In this document: positions 34,096-42,330 of the stretch, piece by piece
How positions within the stretch are numbered: the stretch's first letter is position 1
Layout of the letters: every line of letters begins with the position of its first letter
DNA from: an uncultured Acidobacteriota bacterium
Lineage (GTDB): Bacteria; Acidobacteriota; Thermoanaerobaculia; UBA5066; Gp7-AA6
DNA length: 64,000 bases
Direction of reading: 5' to 3'
Assembly (NCBI GenBank): GCA_963773905.1
Contig: CAVZDB010000005.1
Span: forward strand, 326,257 to 390,256
Program-made: the position numbers and the translations under genes
The notes under the pieces: generated by a model
Told to the model about the DNA's origin: nothing
What the model saw: the letters and a program-made list of their open reading frames with translations, nothing else
Database searches by the model: none

Positions 34096-35253
34096 ATGCC
34101 CAGGTCCCGCATCACGAAGGCGAACCGGACATCTTCGAACACTGCGGGGCGGCGCCGGATCCGCTACGCCGTGGTGGGGCTCGGCTACATCTCGCAGGCG
34201 GCGGTCCTGCCGGCGTTTCGCCACGCCCGGAAGAACTCCGAGCTCGCGGCCCTGGTTTCCGACGATCCCACCAAGCTTCGGACGCTCGCGAGGCGCCACG
34301 GCGTCTCCCGCCTCTACGGCTACGACGGCTTCGACGAGTGCCTCGCGGACGAGACCATCGACGCGATCTACGTCGCGCTGCCCAACGCGATGCACCGCGA
34401 GTACACGATTCGCTCCGCGCGCGCGGGAAAGCACGTCCTCTGCGAGAAGCCGCTCGCCGTCACCGCGGAGGACTGCGAGGCGATGCTCGCCGCGGCCGCG
34501 GAGAACGGCGTGCGGCTGATGACCGCGTATCGCCTCCATTTCGAGAAGGCGAATCTCCAGGCGATCGAGATCGTCCGGTCGGGCCGGATCGGCGAGCCGC
34601 GGATCTTCCAGTCCGTCTTCACGATGCAGGTCGAGCCGGGCAACATCCGCCTCAGCCCGACCGAGGAGGGCGGCGGACCCATCTACGACATCGGGATCTA
34701 CTGCATCAACGCCGCGCGCTATCTCTTCCGCGCGGAGCCGGAAGAGGTCTTTGCGTGGACCGCGAACATCGGGGACCCTCGCTTCAAGGACTGTCCCGAG
34801 ATGATGACGTGCGTTCTCCGGTTCCCGGTCCAGCGGCTCGCGACCTTTACGTGCAGCTTCGGCGCGGCCGAGACCGGCTGGTACCAGATCGTCGGGACGA
34901 AGGGCGATCTGCGGATGGACCCGGCGTACGAGCTGGCGGAGCCGCTGATCCAGCGCGTCACGGTCGGGGGCCGGACGTCGCAGAAGACCTACTCCAAGCG
35001 CGACCAGTTCGCGCCGGAGCTGATCGACTTCTCCGACTGCATCCTGAGGAACCGGGAACCGGAGCCTTCGGGGCGCGAGGGTCTGGCCGACGTGCGGATC
35101 ATCCGCGCGCTGCTCGAGTCCGCGCGCATCGGGAGCCCGGTGCAGCTCGACGAGTTCGAGCGCCGGCGGCGTCCCACGATGGGCATGGAGAAGAACCGGC
35201 CGCCCGTCCCGCGGGCCCGCCTCGTTCATGCCGCGCCCCCGTCCGGTCACTGA
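34096..35253 (+). CDS. Gfo/Idh/MocA-family NAD(P)-dependent oxidoreductase
   Basis: ORF 34090..35253, with ATG 34096 preferred (GGAGG RBS). Motifs: IRYAVVGLGYISQAAVLPAF..., DAIYVALPNAMHREY, GKHVLCEKPLA. Confidence 0.9.
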   Translation: MPRSRITKANRTSSNTAGRRRIRYAVVGLGYISQAAVLPAFRHARKNSELAALVSDDPTKLRTLARRHGVSRLYGYDGFDECLADETIDAIYVALPNAMHREYTIRSARAGKHVLCEKPLAVTAEDCEAMLAAAAENGVRLMTAYRLHFEKANLQAIEIVRSGRIGEPRIFQSVFTMQVEPGNIRLSPTEEGGGPIYDIGIYCINAARYLFRAEPEEVFAWTANIGDPRFKDCPEMMTCVLRFPVQRLATFTCSFGAAETGWYQIVGTKGDLRMDPAYELAEPLIQRVTVGGRTSQKTYSKRDQFAPELIDFSDCILRNREPEPSGREGLADVRIIRALLESARIGSPVQLDEFERRRRPTMGMEKNRPPVPRARLVHAAPPSGH

Positions 35254-35314
35254 GCGGCCCATTCCGAGCCGTCTCGGGTAGACTTGCCTTCGGCCGCTCG
35301 GCCAAAGCGCACGC

Positions 35315-37853
35315 ATGGCGTCTCAGCATGGACTCGGTCTCAAGATCGCCGCCGGCGCGACCCTCGTGGCGCTCGCGCTGGTCGGCCTCGGCTGGATCCA
35401 CGACCTGAACGCCCGCCGCCTGCTCGAGGCCAACCGGTGGGTCGAGCACTCCTACCGCGTCCTCGGAGCGACCGACGAATTGCTCGGGACGCTCCGCGAC
35501 GCCGAGAGCGGGCAGCGCGGCTACCTCCTGACCGGGGAGGAATCCTACCTGGGGCCCTACACCGCCGCGGTGGGGACCGTCGGGCAGAACCTGGACTCCC
35601 TGGCGTCGCTCACGGCCGACAATCCCGTCCAGCAGCGGCGCGTGGGGGCCCTGCGAGGCCTCATGGACGCGAAGCTGCGGGAGCTCGCCGAGACGATCCG
35701 GCTCCGCCGGGCGGGCGACGCGGACGGTGCCGTGGCGCTGGTGGACTCCGACGTCGGAAAGCGCCTGATGGAGACGACCCACCGGACCGCGGACACCATC
35801 CGCGCCGAGGAGCGGGCCTTGCTGACGGCTCGCATCCGCGAGGCCGAGCGCTCGTCCCGGGTCCTTCGCGCGGCCACGCTGGGAGGCGCGGCGCTCGTGC
35901 TCGGACTGCTCGTGGCGCTCATCCTGGTCATCCGTCGCGATCTGGCCGGCCGTGCCCGAGCCGAGGCGCGCCTCCGGACGACGCTGCACAGCATCGGAGA
36001 CGCCGTCCTCGCGACGGACACCGACAGGCCGGATCACTTTCGTGAACCCGGTCTGCGAACAGCTGACGGGCTGGACGTCCGAACAGGCGCACGGCCGGGA
36101 CGTCGAGGAAGTCTTCCGGATCGTCAACGAGAGCACGCGCGAGCGCGTCGAGAACCCGATCCGACGCGTGCTCCGCGAGGGCACGGTCGTCGGCCTCGCC
36201 AACCACACGATCCTGCTTTCGCGCGCCGGCCTCGAGGTCCCGATCGCCGACAGCGGAGCGCCCATCCGCGACGACCGCGGGCGGCTGTCGGGCGTCGTGC
36301 TCGTCTTCCGCGACATCACGGCCCAGCGCGCCGGCGAGGTCGCGATCCGGCGCCTCGCCGACATCGTCGTCTCCACTCAGGTCGCGATCGTGGGAGAGGG
36401 CATGGACGGAGCGATCACCGACTGGAACCCGGGGGCCGAGGCGCTCTACGGGTACAGCGCTAAGGAAATGATCGGGCACCGCATGCACGAGCTCGCGCCG
36501 CCCGGCTTCGTCGAGCCGCCCCTGTCGGGGGAGGAGCTCACGGCCGGCGCGACCTCCGAGGTCGACGTGCGGAGGGTGACGAAGGACGGGCGCACGATCG
36601 AAGTCGCCGTGCACTGCTCGGCCATCCGCGACTCGAGCGGGAGGATGATCGGCGTCTCGCGGATCCAGCGAGACGTGACCGAGCGCCGGCGCCAACAGGA
36701 GGAAATCGCCAAGGCGCGCCGCCGGGCCGAGGAGGCGAACGCGACGAAGGACCGCTTCCTCGCGAACCTTTCCCACGAGCTGCGAACCCCTCTGACCCCG
36801 ATCGTCGCGTCGGTGCATCGGCTCCAGCAGCGCGACGACCTGCCACCCGGGGTTTCGGATTCGCTCGCCATGATCGGCCGCAACGCGGAGCTCGAGGCCC
36901 GGCTCATCGACGACCTCCTCGACCTCACCCGCATCGCGCGCGGGAAGCTCGACCTGCACCGCGAGCCGCTCGACTATCACGAGATCCTCGCGACCGTCGT
37001 CCAGAGCTCGCGGAGTGAGCTGCTGCAGAAGGGCCTCGAGATGGAGACGCACTTCGACGCGCCGGAACACTTCGGCTCGGCCGACGGGGGCCGGCTGCAG
37101 CAGGTCTTCTGGAACCTGATCCGCAACGCCATCAAGTTCACCCCCGCGGGAGGACGCGTGACCGTCTCCTCCGACAACCCGGAACCGGGCCGGTTTCGGG
37201 TCAGCATCCGGGACACCGGCAAGGGCATCTCGGCGGAGCTCCTGAGACGGATCTTCGAGCCGTTCGTGCAGGGGGACTCGACGGCCGTGCGCGCCGGCGC
37301 GGGCCTCGGCCTGGGACTCTCGATCGCGAAGACCCTCGTCGACCAGCACGGCGGCCGGATCGCGGCGACGAGCGACGGCGAGGGGCGGGGAGCGTGTTTC
37401 GAGGTGCGCCTCGCGACGACGGCGGAGCGCCCCGCGGCGCGTCCCTCGCGGGGCGCCGCGGCCGGCGCGTCGAGCGGCGTCCGCGGCCCGGTGTCCGTGC
37501 TTCTCGTCGAGGACGACGCCGACACCGCGGAGGCGATGAGGTCCCTGCTTTCGGAGGCCGGTTTCGAGATTCACGTCGCCGGCGGCGTCTCGGAGGCGGA
37601 TGCGAGCTTCCGCCGGCATCCCGCCGACGTGCTCGTCTCGGACGTCGGACTCCCGGACGGCAGCGGCCTCGAGGTCCTCTCCCGGCTGCGCGCGCTGCGC
37701 CCGGACCTTCCCGGCATCGTGCTCAGCGGCTACGGGATGGAGCAGGACGTCGCGGCGAGCCGCGCGAACGGCTTCGCCGAGCACTTCATCAAGCCCGTCA
37801 ACCTCGACCGCCTCATCGCGGCGATCGACCGGCTCGCGGCCCGCGAGGGCTGA
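35315..37853 (+). pseudogene. Hybrid sensor kinase (CHASE3-TM-PAS-PAS-HisKA-HATPase-REC) split by a 1-nt frameshift near 36026. This could be a true pseudogene or a sequence error.
   Basis: ORF 35315..36463 carries the CHASE3 domain, a TM helix and ...LHSIGDAVLATDTD. ORF 35952..37853 continues as GRITFVNPVCEQLTGW..., then a second PAS, then SHELRTPL, NLIRNAIKFTP, DTGKGI, GLGLGLSI, then the REC domain VLLVEDDADT...VLVSDVGLPDGSG...IKP. The junction reads GACACCGAC-A-GGCCGGATC. Confidence 0.8.
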
Positions 37854-37880
37854 CGTCCGCGCCGGAAGGCGCGGAGACGG

Positions 37881-37910
37881 AAAAGGCCGGCGCGGAACAC
37901 GCGCCGGCCT
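37881..37910 (-). terminator. Rho-independent terminator after the BON/low-complexity gene
   Basis: Minus strand AGGCCGGCGCG-TGTTC-CGCGCCGGCCT followed by TTTTCC. Confidence 0.65.
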
Positions 37911-37931
37911 CAGGGAATGACGAGAGGCGTT

Positions 37932-38987
37932 CTAGGTCGTCGAGGACGAGGACGAAGTCGACCGCGAGGAATACGAGGACTTGCCCGACTTCGTCGAGCC
38001 CGGTTCCTCCTTCGACCCGAAGCCGTGCTCGACGCGCAGCCGGTTGTGGACCTGCTTGACGCCCGGAAGATCCTCGACGAGATCTTCGGCCAGCCGCTTC
38101 GCGCGGCGCTCGGTCACCATTCCCTCCAGCGTCACCTCGCCGCTCTGGACCTTCACCTCGATCTCCGAGGCGTCCAGCTCGCCGTTGCGCTCGAGCGCGT
38201 CGCTGACGTCCTCACGGATCCGCTCATCGGAGCGCTGATAGCCCTTCGGGCCCTTTCCGGAGAAGCGGCCGCGCGACGGCGACGACGAGGAGCCGTAGGC
38301 GCCTTCCCTCTCCCAGGACGACGGGCTCGTTCCGTAGGTCGAACCCTGCGAGCCCTCGAGCGAGCCCATGCCGCGGGAGCCATGGCCTTCGGCGTAGGCG
38401 CCCTGATCCTGACCGTACGAGCGCTGTCCGCCGCCGGAGTACTCCTGCCCGAACGAACCCTGTCCCTGTCCGCGAGAGCCTGAGCCTCCGCCATATCCGC
38501 GCGACCAGCCCTGGCCTTCGAAGCCGGAGTCGTAGCCGTCGAAGGAACGGGAACCGGAGCCATACCGGCCGCCCTGCTCCTCCTGACCGAATCCCCGCCC
38601 GCGATACCCCTGCGATCCGAATCCGTATCCGGACCCGCCGCGGAACTCCTGACCGTAGCCGCCCTGGCGGCCGTAGTTGCCCTGGCTTCCGTAGCTCTGC
38701 CCCTGCTCGCCGCCATACTCACCGCGGCGGGAGTAGCCCTGCTCTTCCTGGTTGTAACCGTACGAACGTCCTTCGCCGGCCGAGCCAGACCCGGAGCTCA
38801 TGCGACCCTGACCGCCGCGGCTCTGGTTCCACTCACGCTCCTCGTAAGGGTCGCCGTCGCCCTGCGACTCGGCTCGACCCCGACTCGAGCCCATTGACCG
38901 TCGCCTCTGCGACTCCGACTCCGGCTCCTCGAATCGCTCGCGACGCCAGTCCTCTCTCCCCTCGTTACGAAAACGCCCGGAATCCAT
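37932..38987 (-). CDS. BON-domain protein with a roughly 250-aa Gly/Ser/Tyr/Arg/Gln low-complexity N-terminal region
   Basis: ORF of 351 aa (AAGGAG RBS). It has repeated GYG, RGG and SYG motifs. IREDVSDALERNGELDASEIEVKVQSGEVTLEGMVTERRAKRLAEDLVEDLPGVKQVHNRLRV is a BON domain. The tail is Ser-rich. Confidence 0.85.
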   Translation of the reverse strand: MDSGRFRNEGREDWRRERFEEPESESQRRRSMGSSRGRAESQGDGDPYEEREWNQSRGGQGRMSSGSGSAGEGRSYGYNQEEQGYSRRGEYGGEQGQSYGSQGNYGRQGGYGQEFRGGSGYGFGSQGYRGRGFGQEEQGGRYGSGSRSFDGYDSGFEGQGWSRGYGGGSGSRGQGQGSFGQEYSGGGQRSYGQDQGAYAEGHGSRGMGSLEGSQGSTYGTSPSSWEREGAYGSSSSPSRGRFSGKGPKGYQRSDERIREDVSDALERNGELDASEIEVKVQSGEVTLEGMVTERRAKRLAEDLVEDLPGVKQVHNRLRVEHGFGSKEEPGSTKSGKSSYSSRSTSSSSSTT

Positions 38988-39043
38988 GAACGAATCTCCT
39001 TGACTGAAGAGTTCGAGACACCATGTCCCGATGCTTTTTGCGG

Positions 39044-39059
39044 TGCAAGCATCGTGCCG
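39044..39059 (-). promoter_or_regulatory. Putative sigma-54 promoter for the BON/low-complexity gene
   Basis: Minus strand CGGCACGATGCTTGCA with correct spacing, 57 nt before ATG 38987. Confidence 0.65.
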
Positions 39060-39086
39060 CGGCCTCTCGAAATCTCCCGCGAGACT

Positions 39087-39473
39087 CTAGCGACCCTCGA
39101 AGAAGCGGGTGAACAGTTTCCCGAGCAGATGCTGACCGCGCGTGGACTGCTCCGCGCCCGTCGTCGTCTCCGCGCTTCGGTTCCCCGGCACGCTCGCCGA
39201 CGCCTTCGCCGACTCCGCGCGCGCGGACTGCGGCTCCGCGCCGGTTGGCCGGCTCACGACGCGTGTGCTGCGGCCGGTCGTCGGAGCGTTCGCATCGGGC
39301 CAGCACGGGATGCCGCGGGTTCCCGGGGTCAGATCCGAGGGATATGCGTTCGGGCAGAACAGCGCCGAGATCTTGCACAACTCCGACATCTGATCCATGC
39401 AGGGATTCGGCGCGGCGGTGGCGCTGTTCGCGGCCGTCGTCGCCTGAATCGAAAAAACCAAAGCCAGCAACAT
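39087..39473 (-). CDS. Hypothetical secreted protein with four Cys
   Basis: ORF of 128 aa (AGGAGGAGGG RBS). Signal-like N-terminus MLLALVFSIQATTAA; GC-rich third positions. Confidence 0.55.
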   Translation of the reverse strand: MLLALVFSIQATTAANSATAAPNPCMDQMSELCKISALFCPNAYPSDLTPGTRGIPCWPDANAPTTGRSTRVVSRPTGAEPQSARAESAKASASVPGNRSAETTTGAEQSTRGQHLLGKLFTRFFEGR

Positions 39474-39542
39474 CGCACCCTCCTCCTCGTCTCTCTTGCG
39501 GCCAACGAACCATTCGTGGCCGCCGCTGCATGGAACTCAGAG

Positions 39543-39558
39543 AGCAAGAGGCAGGCCA
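39543..39558 (-). promoter_or_regulatory. Putative sigma-54 promoter for the secreted Cys-protein gene
   Basis: Minus strand TGGCCTGCCTCTTGCT with correct spacing, 71 nt before ATG 39473. Confidence 0.5.
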
Positions 39559-39591
39559 GTTCTCGCGGTCCTGAGCCAGTGGTGACGTACG

Positions 39592-41133
39592 TCACGGGGC
39601 CGCGGGCGGGCCTTTCTCGCGAGCTCCGCTGTCCTCTCGAGAGGTCTGCGCGATGGCCGCGCTCTCCTGCGCGTACCAGTTGCGCGGAGCGAGCAGGTGC
39701 ACGGTCGCGCTCCCGTCGTGCGTGTGGACACCAACCCTCAGAAGCCCCGTCTCGACGAGGAACACGCCGCGCTCTCGTCCGGAACGGCGCTCGTACTCGC
39801 CAAGGATGTGGAACTTCCCGCCCGCCGCCTCGAGGTCGTGAACGCGCGTGCGCGCCGGCGCGATCTGGACGTCGGCGGAGGCCGTCAGTCCCTCGAGCGT
39901 GAGAAGAGCGTGCGTCCACTTCGGCAGCCCGACTCCCAGCGCGGCGAGCAGAGGCCGTGCGTCCCGGCACTCGATCGCGACTCTCGCGTCGAGCCCGTCG
40001 CGGATGTGCGCCGGCGTGAGGTTGAACTTGCCCCACCACCCGCGTGTGTCCTCGGCGCCCGCGGCCGCCACGTCGGAGAGGTGCAGGGAGCTGCCGGTGA
40101 GATCGATCGCGGAGGACTCCAGGTCCCAACGCGGCACGCCCAGCTCCGCGTGAAGATCGCCGGACAGCTCGACTCCCGGCCGCCGCACCCTCGCGCCGTT
40201 CGACGCGAGGCGCACGCGGCCCGAGGCGACGCCGTGCTCGACCGAGCCCGCGATCGACAGGACGCCCTTTCCTCCAGAGAAGCGCGGCTCGGGTTCGCGG
40301 CGAAGGAAGTAGTTCGCGAAATCGAGGCTCGGAACGGGACCATGGAGATCGAGCTGCGCGTCGAGGTTGCGCCAGACCGCGTCGCCCTGGAGGCGGCGCG
40401 GATCCCACTCCGCGATCGCCGCGCGGATCCGGCCCTCGAGCCCCGCCACGAGCGGCCGGCCTCCGAGGCCCAGGGCGCCTTCGAGGAAGTCGATCGCCGC
40501 GGGGCCGACCCGGGCGACCTGGCCCGGCTTGAGCAGGAACCGGCCGTGAAGCCGCGCCGAACCCTCGAAGCGATACGCGTCGAACCAGATCTCGTGGAAG
40601 CGGTCGATGGCGATGCCGCTCACGTCGATCGTCCACGGCCGTCCCTCCGCGGACGGCGGCGGCGCGGGCTCGGGTTTGCGCAGCGGAGGATCCGTGAATC
40701 CCTCGATCGCCGGAAGGGCGCCGGCGGGAGGACGGCTCGGGTCCTTCGGATCGAGTTTTTGACGCAGGCGGAACGTCAGGCCGCTCCCCGCGACGCGCTC
40801 GACCCGAAAGGTGCGCGCGAGCAGCGCCGGCAGCGAGAAGTCGGCGCGGGCCTCTGCGAGCCGGATCTCCCATTCCACGTTCGCGTCGCTGCCTCGGATG
40901 CGCAGGTTCTTGAGCCGAACGACGCCGGGCCACCGGGAGACAGCCTCATCCCACTCGAGGAGCGTCGATTCGGGGTGGGTGTTGATCCAGGAGCGCAGCC
41001 GGGGACCCGAGAGGAGCCAGCGCGTGGCGGCGGCGTAGCCGCCGAAGGCCGCCGCAACGAGCACAATCGACACGATCAGGACCGTCAGGGTGCGACGTCG
41101 GACTCGGTGACGGGTTCGCGCGGAGCGCTTCAC
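39592..41133 (-). CDS. Membrane-anchored hypothetical protein (possibly AsmA-like)
   Basis: ORF of 513 aa with a GTG start. It has a basic N-terminus, one TM helix (LTVLIVSIVLVAAAFGGYAA) and a long beta-rich extracytoplasmic region. Confidence 0.7.
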   Translation of the reverse strand: MKRSARTRHRVRRRTLTVLIVSIVLVAAAFGGYAAATRWLLSGPRLRSWINTHPESTLLEWDEAVSRWPGVVRLKNLRIRGSDANVEWEIRLAEARADFSLPALLARTFRVERVAGSGLTFRLRQKLDPKDPSRPPAGALPAIEGFTDPPLRKPEPAPPPSAEGRPWTIDVSGIAIDRFHEIWFDAYRFEGSARLHGRFLLKPGQVARVGPAAIDFLEGALGLGGRPLVAGLEGRIRAAIAEWDPRRLQGDAVWRNLDAQLDLHGPVPSLDFANYFLRREPEPRFSGGKGVLSIAGSVEHGVASGRVRLASNGARVRRPGVELSGDLHAELGVPRWDLESSAIDLTGSSLHLSDVAAAGAEDTRGWWGKFNLTPAHIRDGLDARVAIECRDARPLLAALGVGLPKWTHALLTLEGLTASADVQIAPARTRVHDLEAAGGKFHILGEYERRSGRERGVFLVETGLLRVGVHTHDGSATVHLLAPRNWYAQESAAIAQTSREDSGAREKGPPAAP

Positions 41134-41164
41134 CCCCCACGGGCACGCAAGGAGCGCGCCAACG

Positions 41165-42316
41165 CTAGCGGCGCCGTGACAGCATCCGCTGGGCGAACTT
41201 CTGGGCCATCGTGATCACCGACTTCGCCGCCGAGGAGCCCGCGGTCTCCCGCGTCAGTCCACGCGCTCGACGCGCGAGCCGGCGCGACGAACTCCGAGGC
41301 CGCGGGTCGCGTTGAAAACGCGCCCCCCCGATCTCGGCGATGGGGTCCTCGACGCCCTCGTCGAGCAGGCGAAGCTGCAGGCACTCGCGATAGACGGTCT
41401 GCCAGTCCTCGAAGGGGCAGTGCAGCCGGGACAGCGCGCGGGCGATCTCGCCGTGGAGGCGGTCGGAATCCGAGCGCTGGCGGCCGTGCTCCGCCCGCGA
41501 CCAGGCCTCCTTGATCCTCCGCTCCAGTTTCTGCGCCTCCGGGTCCGTGGTCTGCAACGCCGGCGTGCGTGTCGCGGTCCTCGCGAGCACGGCGTGGGCC
41601 CGGGCGGTCGCGCGTGGGAGGCCCCGGATCGTGGCGCCGTGGGGAAACAGAGTCAGCTCGAGATCGGGGCCGCGGTAGTACCGCGGACTGCCGGCCGTCC
41701 TCCCCACGATCCGGGCGGTGGCCCTCAGCACGGCGGAGATCGCCCGTGCGAGCCACGGTGCGCGCCGCGGCTCGACCGTGAGACCGTTCTCGTCGAGAGC
41801 CTCGAGCAGGGTCGACGCCAGGGCCTGGAGAGACGCCTCCTCGACGATGAGCGTGACGTGCTCCTCGCTCTCGCCGCGCAGGGCGGTCCCGAGCTTCTGG
41901 AACGGCAACGCCACGAAGGCGAGCAGAAAGGCCGCCGAGAGCCCGGCGCTCAGCGGGAAGCCGGCGAGGATCTCGCGCATGCCCCAGCGCCGGTTTCCCT
42001 CCCGGCGCTGGAGGATGAGCCCTACGGCGATCGGGACGAGCAGCGCCAAAATCGCCCAGGCGATCCGCAGCAGCAGAGCAGGCGTGTGCTTGGGCAGCGG
42101 GACGAGCGCGATGACGAATGCGGCGACCTTCGGGAACGCGATCCCGCCGAGCAGGATCGGCCACACGGCGACGCCCGCGACCGCGACGGAGAGCGCCGTC
42201 TTCTCGCTCTTCGGGACCTCGCCGAAGAGTGCGGCGACGGCCCACCCGAAGAGAGACTCGATGACCTTGCCCGCCGAGCGCCGCAGCAGCGCGATCAGGG
42301 TCTGGAAGAGGAGCAT
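41165..42316 (-). CDS. Polytopic membrane protein with a soluble C-terminal domain (hypothetical)
   Basis: ORF 41165..42424(-), starting at ATG 42316, 15 nt after the upstream stop. It has about five TM helices followed by a ~230-aa soluble region. Confidence 0.65.
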   Translation of the reverse strand: MLLFQTLIALLRRSAGKVIESLFGWAVAALFGEVPKSEKTALSVAVAGVAVWPILLGGIAFPKVAAFVIALVPLPKHTPALLLRIAWAILALLVPIAVGLILQRREGNRRWGMREILAGFPLSAGLSAAFLLAFVALPFQKLGTALRGESEEHVTLIVEEASLQALASTLLEALDENGLTVEPRRAPWLARAISAVLRATARIVGRTAGSPRYYRGPDLELTLFPHGATIRGLPRATARAHAVLARTATRTPALQTTDPEAQKLERRIKEAWSRAEHGRQRSDSDRLHGEIARALSRLHCPFEDWQTVYRECLQLRLLDEGVEDPIAEIGGARFQRDPRPRSSSRRLARRARGLTRETAGSSAAKSVITMAQKFAQRMLSRRR

Positions 42317-42330
42317 CGCGGTCCTCCTCT

